Positions 55,431-64,000 of a DNA stretch of 64,000 nucleotides are shown in pieces. The DNA comes from a virus. Where the stretch lies: positions 91,224 through 155,223 of the IMG/VR virus record IMGVR_UViG_3300020057_000029. One strand, written 5' to 3'. A model generated the notes under the pieces. That model was not told the DNA's origin, did no database searches, and saw only the letters and a program-made list of their open reading frames with translations. The translations under genes were made by a program, and so were the position numbers. Within the stretch, counting starts at the first letter, position 1. Each line of letters begins with the position of its first letter.

Positions 55431-55966
55431 GCCGCCTCCGGCAATTCACTTTTGGTTTCAGGCTTAATATACTCGCCGACTGATCCACCGCCACTCTCTT
55501 TAAAGTAATAAAGTGTTTGACCCAATTCATTGGCCATCTTTTGAGCTTTAGCACGCGTTTCGGCACGATCAAAAGATCCTTCGGTAAACTCTTCCTCAAG
55601 ATAAAGAACATCCTTGAACACTTTCCCAGACATATAGACATCCTCATAGATCATTGACTTAGAAATAATCACACGGCTAGAGTAGGTGTTGCGCAAATCT
55701 ACTTCTGTATCTTTGAACATATCGTTAGCATTGGAATGCCAGGGGCCTTTAAGATCAATCGTTGAGCCATCATCAAGCTGAAAGCTCAACAGGGAACCGC
55801 CAAAACCTTTGCTGTTAGGATCACCAGATACGTATATGTTGTCAGCAGCAAATTTACCGACCTTCTCCAGCCATATATTACCAGATCTACCAATATGCTT
55901 GCGATAGACGTTTGCCACAGCTTCACCCTGTCCAGATTTCATTTGTATCCTAATTCTATAGTCCAT
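55427..55966 (-). CDS. hypothetical phage protein
   Basis: GFGG...LKGPWHSN; AGGAG RBS. Confidence 0.7.
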   Translation of the reverse strand: MDYRIRIQMKSGQGEAVANVYRKHIGRSGNIWLEKVGKFAADNIYVSGDPNSKGFGGSLLSFQLDDGSTIDLKGPWHSNANDMFKDTEVDLRNTYSSRVIISKSMIYEDVYMSGKVFKDVLYLEEEFTEGSFDRAETRAKAQKMANELGQTLYYFKESGGGSVGEYIKPETKSELPEAA

Positions 55967-55975
55967 ATTCGCTCC

Positions 55976-56503
55976 TTAAATTTTTTTATCGGCCAAAATA
56001 GTATCAGTCAGGATTGCCCCAGTCAGGTCAGCCCCAGTCAGGTTTGCCCTAATCAGGTTTGCCCCAAACAGGTTTGCCTTGGTCAGGTCAACCCAAGTCA
56101 GGTTTGCCTCGAACAGGTCAGCCTGAGACAGGTCAGCCTGAAACAGGTTTACCCAATACAGGTTTGCCCTAGTCAGGTTTGCCTTAGACAGGTCAACCCC
56201 AGACAGGTTTACCCAATACAGGATTGCCCCAAACAGGTTTGCCCCAGACAGGTTTGCTCCAGACAGGTTTGCTCCAGACAGGTTTGCTCCGCGTAGGTTT
56301 GCCACAATCAGGTTTGCCCTGAACAGGTCAGCCCCAATCAGGTCAGCCCTAGTCAGGTTTGCCCCAGACAGGCTTGCCCCAGACAGGTCAGCCCCAGACA
56401 GGTCAGCCCCAATCAGGTCAGCCTTTTCCCCACCTTCTTCACCTTTTAAAAACATAACATGTAGTTTAAGGATATTATCTAAAATTTGCTTATCCATATT
56501 CAT
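55976..56503 (-). CDS. pentapeptide repeat protein
   Basis: A[DN]LXX repeats. Confidence 0.92.
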   Translation of the reverse strand: MNMDKQILDNILKLHVMFLKGEEGGEKADLIGADLSGADLSGASLSGANLTRADLIGADLFRANLIVANLRGANLSGANLSGANLSGANLFGAILYWVNLSGVDLSKANLTRANLYWVNLFQADLSQADLFEANLTWVDLTKANLFGANLIRANLTGADLTGAILTDTILADKKI

Positions 56504-56506
56504 CTC

Positions 56507-57094
56507 TTAAATTTTCTTATCGGCTAAAATAGTACTAGTCAGGTCAACCCTAGTCAGGTCAACCCCAGACAGGTCAGCCCCAGAAAGGTTTGCCCCAGAC
56601 AGGAAAGCCCCAGAAAGGTTTGCTAAAGTCAGGTCAGCCCCAGACAGGTTTGCCCCGCGAAGGTCAGCCCCAGTCAGGTTTGCCCCGGTCAGGTTTGCCC
56701 CGTAAAGGTCAGCCCAAGCCAGGTTTGCCTGAGACAGGTTTGCCAAAGCCAGGAAGGCCCCAGACAGGACAGTCCTGAACAGGTCAGCCTTAGTCAGGTT
56801 TGCCTCAGACAGGTCAGCCCCAGACAGGTAGGCCCCAGACAGGTTTGCCCCAGACAGGTCAACCCCAGACAGGAAAGTCCTAATCAGGTTTGCCCCGCGA
56901 AGGTTTGCCCTGTAAAGGCTTGCCCCGTAAAGGTTTGCCCTAGACAGGTTTGCTAAAGACAGGTTTGCTAAAGACAGGTTTGCCAAAGACAGGTTTGCCC
57001 CAGACAGGTTTGCCCTTTCCCCACCTTCTTCACCTTTTAAAAACATAGCATGTAGCTTAAGGATGTTATCTAAAATTTGCTTTTCCATATTCAT
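56507..57094 (-). CDS. pentapeptide repeat protein
   Basis: A[DN]LXX repeats. Confidence 0.92.
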   Translation of the reverse strand: MNMEKQILDNILKLHAMFLKGEEGGERANLSGANLSLANLSLANLSLANLSRANLYGASLYRANLRGANLIRTFLSGVDLSGANLSGAYLSGADLSEANLTKADLFRTVLSGAFLALANLSQANLAWADLYGANLTGANLTGADLRGANLSGADLTLANLSGAFLSGANLSGADLSGVDLTRVDLTSTILADKKI

Positions 57095-57107
57095 CTCTTA
57101 AATTTTT

Positions 57108-57356
57108 TTATCGGCCAAAAATAGTATCAGTCAGGTTTGCCCCAGTCAGGTCAACCCCAGACAGGTCAGCCTTAGACAGGTTTGCCCAAGCCAGGTTTGC
57201 CCCAGCCAGGTAAGCCCCAGAAAGGTTTGCTAAAGTCAGGTCAGCCCCAGTCAGGTCAACCCCAGACAGGTTTGCCCTTTCCCCACTTTCTCCACCTTTT
57301 AAAAATATAGCGTGTAGTTTAAGGATGTTATCTAAAATTTGCTTTTCCATAGTCAC
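57108..57356 (-). CDS. short pentapeptide repeat protein
   Basis: Same N-cap; tail shifted relative to the ILADKKI end of paralogues. Confidence 0.85.
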   Translation of the reverse strand: MTMEKQILDNILKLHAIFLKGGESGERANLSGVDLTGADLTLANLSGAYLAGANLAWANLSKADLSGVDLTGANLTDTIFGR

Positions 57357-57394
57357 CTATTAAAATTTTACCAAGGCATGTTAAGAGCAATAGC

Positions 57395-57544
57395 TTATGC
57401 AATCAACACTTCTCGGGCTTTTTCGTAAACAGTATGAGAGAAGAAGGTATGCCCATCAACTTGCACATTGTAAATGCCATTCTCGCGTACTACGGCTAGT
57501 TCGGTACCATTAGGAAGAATCATCTTGAACATTACGGTTTTCAT
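57395..57544 (-). CDS. small hypothetical protein (49 aa, not in ORF track)
   Basis: MKTVMFKMILPNGTELAVVRENG...VLIA*. Confidence 0.55.
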   Translation of the reverse strand: MKTVMFKMILPNGTELAVVRENGIYNVQVDGHTFFSHTVYEKAREVLIA

Positions 57545-57729
57545 TAGTTACTCACTTTCGCTTTTAGGTTTTTGACATCTGAATTTGCCTTGGCTTGTCT
57601 TTCCATACATATCTCTTTATAAAGCCCTTCAAATTGCCCTATCTTGTCTTTACAGTCAGCCATGCTGGCCTGTCTGCGTTCAAAGGCACCTTTGCGGCGT
57701 ATATTTTTATTCAATCGTGCTCTGCTCAT
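57544..57729 (-). CDS. small basic protein
   Basis: AAGGA RBS. Confidence 0.6.
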   Translation of the reverse strand: MSRARLNKNIRRKGAFERRQASMADCKDKIGQFEGLYKEICMERQAKANSDVKNLKAKVSN

Positions 57730-58023
57730 CTATTCCTTTTTGTACTTTGAATAACTGTTTAAGGTCAATTTGCTTATGCGGTCAACCAAACCATAGGCAT
57801 CTTTCAAGGCTAGTTTTTTCGCTCTTTCAAAGCGCATAGGACCAAGCACCGTAGTGGCCTTGTCGAATACGTGAGCGCAGTAGTTTTCATTGCCAGCATA
57901 ATTAGTCAAACACTGGATAAGCTTGCCATCAATCAAGAAAAAACGCTTTCGAGAATCTGCTGCTGCAAAAGCTTTTTTAAAGGATACGGCCTCTCCATTT
58001 AGCAACATTGCTTTCTTAGCCAT
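57730..58023 (-). CDS. hypothetical protein
   Basis: Start re-called to MAKK at 58023. Confidence 0.65.
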   Translation of the reverse strand: MAKKAMLLNGEAVSFKKAFAAADSRKRFFLIDGKLIQCLTNYAGNENYCAHVFDKATTVLGPMRFERAKKLALKDAYGLVDRISKLTLNSYSKYKKE

Positions 58024-58207
58024 TTCTCGCCCTTTGTTCGTTTGCTTCATCAGCAATTTTAATTAACTGATCTAGGGCAATGGTGATGGCATCACTCTTG
58101 CTCCCACCAAAAGACGTTTGTACAATAACCACATCTTTTGCCGTAAAATCTACAGTTATGGTTGTTAAAGCGCCTTTGTGTCTAAAATTAAAAATTGAGT
58201 TTTCCAT
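58016..58207 (-). CDS. hypothetical protein
   Basis: GAGG RBS. Confidence 0.6.
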   Translation of the reverse strand: MENSIFNFRHKGALTTITVDFTAKDVVIVQTSFGGSKSDAITIALDQLIKIADEANEQRARNG

Positions 58208-58386
58208 TAATATTCCTCGTCAGCTTCTTCTTCCATTTCGTAGTCAAGGCTTTCAGGTTCGTCATCCAGGGCTTCAAGCTCTTCTTTAGCAGCTTCTAGA
58301 ACATCACGATCCATCATTTCCTTATCATCGGAATCAGTTTTAACTTCCAGCCTCAAAACCACTTTTACTTTTATCTTTTTTAACAT
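58207..58386 (-). CDS. small highly acidic protein (59 aa, not in ORF track)
   Basis: MLKKIKVKVVLRLEVKTDSDDKEMMDRDVLEAAKEELEALDDEPESLDYEMEEEADEEY*. Confidence 0.6.
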   Translation of the reverse strand: MLKKIKVKVVLRLEVKTDSDDKEMMDRDVLEAAKEELEALDDEPESLDYEMEEEADEEY

Positions 58387-58493
58387 ACTATTCCCCTTTT
58401 TTAAAATCCAGGTAGGCCATTACAATGCCACCAATTACTGTCCACCATATTATCAGAAAAAACACTCCTATCATAGCCAGGCACAGAAAAAGC

Positions 58494-59096
58494 TTAAAAA
58501 GGTATCGGCGTGCTTTGTTCGGCTTCATAACGCGCTCTTTCATTCCAAATCTTATAATTCACAATCTCAGAAATATGGCCTTTTGAAATACCATACATTT
58601 GAGAAATCCTACTATAAGGTATACCATCTTTGCTTAATGCTCTGATATCTTCCGCAATCGCAAAGGTCAATACTGCGTTACGAATAGGGCTATGGCCTAG
58701 TTCATTAATGGCGTGCAAAGTGTTTTCTTTACATTCGATCTGCTCAAGATTGTCCCTGTGATTGTTGGCTTTATTGCCATCCTTATGATTTACAACCATT
58801 TTGCAATCCAACTCTCCCACAAACTTCTGAAAAACCATGCGGTGAACTCGTAGCTTTTTGCGTGTGCTACGACCTTTCTTTTGGATGCGCAGATTGAGAA
58901 CCCTATAGCCATCACCATTTGCTATGTCACAATTACGAACCTCCCCATTGGGCAACAGACTGATGCCGTTTGTATTGGCTCTCGTAAAAACTTCACCGCT
59001 TTCAGTCACGGTAAAACGCTCATCTGCCAGTACCGCCCGAATCAAAGCATCGTTTTTAGCAGTCAGTCTATGAGTCTTGCTTTTGTAATTTATCAT
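58494..59096 (-). CDS. HNH homing endonuclease with C-terminal HTH
   Basis: RVHRMV...VNHKDGNKANNHRDNLE...EN..HA. Confidence 0.88.
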   Translation of the reverse strand: MINYKSKTHRLTAKNDALIRAVLADERFTVTESGEVFTRANTNGISLLPNGEVRNCDIANGDGYRVLNLRIQKKGRSTRKKLRVHRMVFQKFVGELDCKMVVNHKDGNKANNHRDNLEQIECKENTLHAINELGHSPIRNAVLTFAIAEDIRALSKDGIPYSRISQMYGISKGHISEIVNYKIWNERARYEAEQSTPIPF

Positions 59097-59163
59097 TTCC
59101 GACCCTTTTCTACAACCAAATGTTTTACATCCCACATAGACGTATTGTCAATATACATTCGCT

Positions 59164-59487
59164 TCATGATTCGTCCAAGTCTGTTTCTAACATTTCGTCA
59201 ACCTGACTAGCCCGTGACAAGTACGATTCAGAACTCTTTCTATGGATGCTTTCCATATCTTCGGATGCATCCTGCATTGCCTGTACCGTCAATCTTAGGA
59301 AAGCATCGCATCCATAACTGTGCATCATTTTCTGCAAGATGCCCCTATCCGTTGTGATATTTTTCTGAAGGCTTTGTAGCCGCTCACTAATAGAAAGCGC
59401 ATCCCTCGCCGCCTTTTCCGCCCATGCCTCCCGCGCCGCCTCTTTCCTTATTGGCTCGGGGTAGCCGCCATGTTTAGGTTTTTTCAT
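59164..59487 (-). CDS. hypothetical protein
   Basis: Start re-called to MKKPK at 59487, downstream of the sigma54-like promoter. Confidence 0.55.
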   Translation of the reverse strand: MKKPKHGGYPEPIRKEAAREAWAEKAARDALSISERLQSLQKNITTDRGILQKMMHSYGCDAFLRLTVQAMQDASEDMESIHRKSSESYLSRASQVDEMLETDLDES

Positions 59488-59513
59488 ATTGTTTTCTCTC
59501 ATATATGGAGTAT

Positions 59514-59592
59514 TGCAGGATTAGTGCCACTCTCAACTACTTAATTTCATTAAGAGGGCCTGTTTTTAAATCGAGTATCTTTTGATCAATCG
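59514..59592 (-). promoter_or_regulatory. sigma54-type (-24/-12) promoter with IHF-like site and upstream activator-like box
   Basis: TGGCACTAATCCTGCA; TAATTTCATTAAG; CTTTTGATCAATCG, all shared with 62807-62897. Confidence 0.65.
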
Positions 59593-59610
59593 CCTATTTC
59601 TTGGCCTTTG

Positions 59611-59916
59611 CTATACGAACATAGGGAAGTTTTCATCAAAGCTATCTTCTGTTATTTGCATTCCAAACTCATTGTAAATTGCATCCTCAGAGGCTATGGT
59701 AGCCATGGATCGTAGCTCTTTACCTATAGGACTAAGCATAATGCGCTTAGTAGCAGATTCAATTGAAGTGGAATGCTCAACCATACTATCAAGCACTGCT
59801 TGCCGCTTGCCGTCAAGCTTTAGATTGCCATCAATCAAATTCAGCACTGCATTCTTTAAGTTACGCTTTACAGCTTGTATCTGTTGATCGCTAGTTAAAT
59901 CATTCCACTTTTTCAT
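59611..59916 (-). CDS. hypothetical protein
   Basis: Start re-called to MKKW at 59916 (AGGAG RBS). Confidence 0.65.
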   Translation of the reverse strand: MKKWNDLTSDQQIQAVKRNLKNAVLNLIDGNLKLDGKRQAVLDSMVEHSTSIESATKRIMLSPIGKELRSMATIASEDAIYNEFGMQITEDSFDENFPMFV

Positions 59917-59944
59917 AAAATTCACTCCTAAGTATTGTATTTGA

Positions 59945-60616
59945 TTAGTGATAAAACAAGGCACCAGGCGCAATATTTCCATCCATGTTTAGGATTAGAG
60001 CAAAAGGCCCATGACCACTTTGAGCATAGGCTATGCTGAATTTTTTTACGCCTCTTCGCATACTCTTCGACCCACTTTTGGTTACAATGCCATGGTTGCC
60101 ATCATTGTTGATCAGTTTAGTACCATCAACACTAAGGATAGAACCATCATCACTTGCCATGCTAAAGCCTGTATGGCCATCACGCTCAATAACAATAAAG
60201 CCAGTGCAAGTGATTTTATAGTTTTTGTTAAGGAACAGCGATTGAATAGACGTGGGCAAAATGTTATTGGGTTGTCCTCCTGCTACGCTAGGTTGATTAA
60301 ATCCACTTTTGTTAAGAAAGGCATACTTAGTACCAGTCAATACCAATACACCCTGCCCAGCATTGTATCCAGGGCTAGAACTAGACAGCCATTGTCCGCT
60401 AGCAACTTCCCTTACAGAACAGCTAAGTCCAGAAGATAGCGCATTTTTCCCTTGGCTTAATCGGTATTTATTTTCCACATCCACAAGGTTTTGTACATTT
60501 TCACAAGGTTCGGTTACTGTTACCGTGTCTTTTACCACTACGGTTTTAGTTCTTTTGCCACATCCTGTAAACGCGATACTGGCCCAAATTGCAATTGCTA
60601 CATAGATTAGTTTCAT
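59945..60616 (-). CDS. lipoprotein with PA14-like domain
   Basis: Lipobox FTGC; SDDGSILSVDG..LINNDGNH. Confidence 0.8.
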   Translation of the reverse strand: MKLIYVAIAIWASIAFTGCGKRTKTVVVKDTVTVTEPCENVQNLVDVENKYRLSQGKNALSSGLSCSVREVASGQWLSSSSPGYNAGQGVLVLTGTKYAFLNKSGFNQPSVAGGQPNNILPTSIQSLFLNKNYKITCTGFIVIERDGHTGFSMASDDGSILSVDGTKLINNDGNHGIVTKSGSKSMRRGVKKFSIAYAQSGHGPFALILNMDGNIAPGALFYH

Positions 60617-60650
60617 ATATTTCCCTTTAATTAATTGTTAAGAATTACTT

Positions 60651-60899
60651 TTAATACTTGTTCTTTTTCTCATACATTGCCCACAAAACATCTTGCAGTT
60701 TCTTAAATTCCTCCTCTGCCCTATTGTAATTTTCTATCAATTCCTGACTGACTTCGATGCAGCATTCCGCGATATCTTCTTCATTAAAATAGTAGCAATC
60801 TTTTAACTCTTGCTCTGTCTCAAGATGGATTCGCCATGTATCATTTTTATTCAATCGTACTTTTACGCTTGTCGCCTCATTAGTCTTAGAAGTGTTCAT
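60651..60899 (-). CDS. acidic hypothetical protein
   Basis: ORF track. Confidence 0.6.
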   Translation of the reverse strand: MNTSKTNEATSVKVRLNKNDTWRIHLETEQELKDCYYFNEEDIAECCIEVSQELIENYNRAEEEFKKLQDVLWAMYEKKNKY

Positions 60900-61200
60900 T
60901 TTTCCCCTTCAAAGCCCTATCCAACGCTTTTACCAAAGCAGCATCACGAGCAGCCTTAGCGGCATCTCTCGCAGCGCCCCACGCCTTTGCCGCTGCTATT
61001 ACGTCGCGTGCTTGAATGTTTTTATCTCCAGCTTTTTCATTGCACATTTCCTTCCACTTAGCTTTATCTATCACCGCCGCCCTTTCCCATTCTCTCACCT
61101 CTTTATGCGCCACCCACGCAGCGCCCCACGCCATACCCGCTGCCACTACGGTTACTACTGCTATTCCCATACATATACCGTCAAGTTCTGATTTTTTCAT
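60886..61200 (-). CDS. membrane-anchored hypothetical protein with Ala-rich repeats
   Basis: Start re-called to 61200. Confidence 0.55.
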   Translation of the reverse strand: MKKSELDGICMGIAVVTVVAAGMAWGAAWVAHKEVREWERAAVIDKAKWKEMCNEKAGDKNIQARDVIAAAKAWGAARDAAKAARDAALVKALDRALKGKNEHF

Positions 61201-61775
61201 CGCACGTCCTTCGTTTCGATTCCAGTTATAATCATTTCGCGTAACTTGATCTCTTGTGCGTCCCACGCAGAATCCCACGCAGCACCACGAATATCACTCG
61301 CAACAATCCTCGCGGCAGCCCTCGCAGCATCATTCGCAGCAGCACGAATATCACTCGCAACCCACACAACAGCCCACACGGCAGCCCTCGCAGCAGCAAA
61401 CTCAGCATCCCACACCGCAGAACTCACCTTCATCGCAGTATTCCACAAAGCAGCCCTCGCAGAATCCCTCGCAGCATCCAATTCGGCATTAGTTGCGTTT
61501 CCATTTGCGTAGGCTTCTGCTACGTCAAGCGCCTTTATACTTCGTTCGTCATGCATTAGATGCTGCACTTGTCTCGCGCACCCTACTGCATAAAGGCGCA
61601 TAAACTTCTCAGAGAAAAACTCCTGGTGCATTAAGAGCCAGAGCCGGTCAGGAAAAGGACATTCTTTTACATTTAAAATATCCAGCGCGTTACCGGTCCA
61701 GTTTTCCGGCAAATATTTGACCGGATCGTGACAAGGCTTTAGTGCGCGCAAGTCTTCTAGTGTGAATTGTTTCAT
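61197..61775 (-). CDS. Imm5-like / AAWDAA-repeat helical protein
   Basis: LRALKPC...DRLW...CARQV...DERS...AEAYANG + A/W/D repeats. Confidence 0.7.
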   Translation of the reverse strand: MKQFTLEDLRALKPCHDPVKYLPENWTGNALDILNVKECPFPDRLWLLMHQEFFSEKFMRLYAVGCARQVQHLMHDERSIKALDVAEAYANGNATNAELDAARDSARAALWNTAMKVSSAVWDAEFAAARAAVWAVVWVASDIRAAANDAARAAARIVASDIRGAAWDSAWDAQEIKLREMIITGIETKDVR

Positions 61776-61805
61776 AGCTTCTTTCTCCTAAAAATCATTA
61801 TTGTG

Positions 61806-62783
61806 CTAGGCCGCCTTTTTTTCAGGCATAATTTCAGCGATAGAAAAGTATTGCTGAAATTGTCCGCTTTCTTCATGAATAAACATGAAAGTTTTTTCAG
61901 GCATCTTCTCTTGATATTCCCGCAAAATTGCTTCTGGTGTACCTTCCCGCGTAGGCTTGCCTTCAAAGTACCCCCCTCTACCGTCTACCATGCCGCCAAT
62001 GAAAGTTTCAAGGCGTTCAATCTTGCCCTCGTTTTCCAAATCGGTAGCGGCAGCGCGTTCAATTGCCTGTTTAGGATTGTTAGCGTAGGTATCGGCAAAG
62101 TTTAATTTGCAGTGTTCGTCAAAGCATCCACAATTAGTGCCCAACATTCCGAGGTCTTCAACATGCCTGAAATTGTAGACATAGCCATCATCATTGCTAT
62201 CCAACATTCCGCATTCATCGCATCTTGTGGTATCGTCCTCAAAACCATAGTCCTCTACATTTGCAACTTCCTCGAATTGCTCATGGTGATACCCAAGCAA
62301 GCGCATAACACTGTAATAATTCCAGCCTTCCTTAACTAGAACATTTTTGTCCTCTTGAGCGTGTTCGCCTACTTGCGAAATGCCATATTCTCCATTGTTA
62401 ATAATTTCTTGCGCTTGATCTTTAGTGATGCGCTTGACGATCTTATTGGTAGGCTTAAGCGTGCCCTTATCCTGAAGGGTTACAAAGCCGATATAAACCG
62501 TAGAAAACTCTTGCTTATCGCCGCAAAACATTTTAGGTTTCACGATCTTTTCCACCATATCCATAGCATGGGTTACCTGTGTATGTTTGGAATATTCCTT
62601 AACCTCAAAGGTTAACGCTTTTTCGCCAACGCGTAGGCCAAGCTTTTCCGCCAACGCTTTTAGCTCGGGTAGACCTGCGCTATCATCAACCAATTCGGGC
62701 AGAACTTCAAACTTGGTAGAACAAGAAGAGAACTTTGCACCGTCAGATTCATAAGGACTATGGAATTTAATCAATCGTTTCAT
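61806..62783 (-). CDS. acidic hypothetical protein with Zn ribbon
   Basis: CDECG...CGC; GAGG RBS; first gene after the sigma54-like promoter. Confidence 0.75.
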   Translation of the reverse strand: MKRLIKFHSPYESDGAKFSSCSTKFEVLPELVDDSAGLPELKALAEKLGLRVGEKALTFEVKEYSKHTQVTHAMDMVEKIVKPKMFCGDKQEFSTVYIGFVTLQDKGTLKPTNKIVKRITKDQAQEIINNGEYGISQVGEHAQEDKNVLVKEGWNYYSVMRLLGYHHEQFEEVANVEDYGFEDDTTRCDECGMLDSNDDGYVYNFRHVEDLGMLGTNCGCFDEHCKLNFADTYANNPKQAIERAAATDLENEGKIERLETFIGGMVDGRGGYFEGKPTREGTPEAILREYQEKMPEKTFMFIHEESGQFQQYFSIAEIMPEKKAA

Positions 62784-62806
62784 TTATCACCTCTTATTAA
62801 GTATAA

Positions 62807-62897
62807 TGCACTGGTTATGCCAAAAGTTAAAAGCCTAATTTCATTAAGTTAACCAATTTCATCAAGGCTTCAATCCTGTAGAACTTTTGGTCAATCG
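62807..62897 (-). promoter_or_regulatory. sigma54-type promoter with IHF-like site and upstream activator-like box
   Basis: TGGCATAACCAGTGCA; TAATTTCATTAAG; CTTTTGGTCAATCG. Confidence 0.65.
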
Positions 62898-62905
62898 TAC
62901 AATGC

Positions 62906-63424
62906 TTATTCGATCTTAGCCTTATCGGCCAAAATAGTACCAGACAGGCTTGCCCCAGACAGGTCAGCCTTAGACAGGCTTGCCCCAGACAGGTCAGCCC
63001 AAGACAGGTTTGCTTTGGTCAGGTCAGCCCTGGTCAGGTCAGACCCGTAAAGGCTTGCCCTAGAAAGGTCAGCCCTAGTCAGGTCAGCCCCGTAAAGGCT
63101 TGCCCTAGAAAGGTCAACCCCAGACAGGTCAGCCTCAGACAGGTCAGCCTCAGACAGGTCAGCCCCAGTCAGGTTTGCCTTAGACAGGTTTGCCCCGAAC
63201 AGGCTTGCCCCAGTCAGGAAAGCCCCGAACAGGCTTGCCCCGAACAGGTTTGCCCCAGTCAGGTTTGCCCTAGTCAGGTCAGCCTCAGACAGGTTTGCCC
63301 CACGAAGGTCAGCCTCAGACAGGTTTGCCTCAGTCAGGTTTGCCCTTTCCCCAGCCTTTTCATCTTTTAAAAATATAGCATGCAGCTTAAGGATGTTATC
63401 TAAAATTTGCTTTTCCATATTCAC
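62906..63424 (-). CDS. pentapeptide repeat protein
   Basis: Same N-cap [13 protein letters not shown]; A[DN]LXX repeats. Confidence 0.92.
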   Translation of the reverse strand: MNMEKQILDNILKLHAIFLKDEKAGERANLTEANLSEADLRGANLSEADLTRANLTGANLFGASLFGAFLTGASLFGANLSKANLTGADLSEADLSEADLSGVDLSRASLYGADLTRADLSRASLYGSDLTRADLTKANLSWADLSGASLSKADLSGASLSGTILADKAKIE

Positions 63425-63613
63425 CTAATTTTGTTTTTGTTTGTTCAATTGTTTTTCTATTTTATCTGTCAGAGTATCGCATTTATGCCCCATGCGTTCA
63501 TCAAAATCAACTTCTTCTTCTATTTCTCTATCACCAACATAGGGCAAGGCTTTTAATAGCAAACTCACCTCTTTAACTGTCAAATTCAATTTTATAGTTT
63601 TAACGGTCTTCAT
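63425..63613 (-). CDS. hypothetical protein
   Basis: GAGG RBS. Confidence 0.6.
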   Translation of the reverse strand: MKTVKTIKLNLTVKEVSLLLKALPYVGDREIEEEVDFDERMGHKCDTLTDKIEKQLNKQKQN

Positions 63614-63622
63614 ACATTCACC

Positions 63623-64000
63623 TCAAATTTGCTTTTTAAAAATATCTGCACAGGTTTTAATGAAATTACCATACATTTCAACTTGTTTTTCTGTATAACC
63701 TTCTTCTCTGCCTATTTCTTTAAAGTTTTCAAGCCAAAAAGAAATAGTATTTTTGTGACAGCCTATAGCAATTTCATTTAATCCGAAAAAATAAGCAGTG
63801 TGTTTTTCAAACTGAAAACTTAAAATTTCCTTATCGGCCAAAATAGTACCAGACAAGTCAGCCCCAGACAGGTCAGCCCCAGACAGGATAGCCCCAGACA
63901 GGTCAGCCCCAGACAGGATAGCCCCAGACAGGATAGCCCCAGACAGGTCAGCCCCAGTCAGGTTTGTCCAAGACAGGTCAGCCCTAGTCAGGTTTGCCCT
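63623..64000 (-). CDS. pentapeptide repeat protein with extra C-terminal domain (5' end outside window)
   Basis: Frame open from 64000; repeats, then ILADKE...[13 protein letters not shown]. Confidence 0.85.
   Translation of the reverse strand, partial: RANLTRADLSWTNLTGADLSGAILSGAILSGADLSGAILSGADLSGADLSGTILADKEILSFQFEKHTAYFFGLNEIAIGCHKNTISFWLENFKEIGREEGYTEKQVEMYGNFIKTCADIFKKQI

Noticed and set aside
55976-57356. 15-bp periodic repeats as a CRISPR array or DGR
   Set aside because: They are contiguous coding pentapeptide units with no unique spacers; no cas or reverse transcriptase gene and no adenine-specific variation is visible
1-64000. Numerous short antisense or overlapping ORFs in the track
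   Set aside because: They lie opposite or within well-supported genes and lack RBS or motifs
1-64000. tRNA or rRNA genes
   Set aside because: No cloverleaf or T-loop signature seen by eye in the intergenic gaps; tRNAscan-SE/ARAGORN not run

Overview
This window is a gene-dense, standard-code segment of a large contractile-tailed dsDNA phage (myovirus with Twort/SPO1-style head and tail genes). The host is probably Gram-negative (inference from lipoprotein/signal-peptide genes and sigma54- and IHF-like sites). From left to right: (1) 1-9.1 kb, a minus-strand recombination/expression block (RuvC-like, Rad50/Mre11, exported ClpP-like protease, GroES-like, sigma factor lacking region 4.2, UvsW-like helicase). 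(2) 9.2-52 kb, a mainly plus-strand morphogenesis region: GroEL, a terminase large subunit fractured into two genes by a naturally split intein, portal, MuF-like protein, an inverted prohead protease, scaffold, capsid, neck, sheath, tube, fibre-like and lysis-like genes. It is interrupted by metabolic genes and two Hef-like endonucleases. (3) 54.8-64 kb, a minus-strand early region of small genes with five pentapeptide-repeat paralogues. Main findings: a cluster of cyclic-nucleotide enzymes among the head/neck genes (an mCpol-type cyclase with a -1 frameshift extension, an Acb1-like 2H phosphodiesterase fused to a lysozyme-like domain, and a possible ART-fold protein); the split-intein terminase with a collapsed endonuclease relic between its halves; several promoter classes (two sigma54/IHF/UAS-like early promoters, extended -10 leaderless promoters, and a YAATCTTW late box); and two IS200/IS605 (IscB-type) end scars. 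All family assignments are by eye from motifs; no searches were run.
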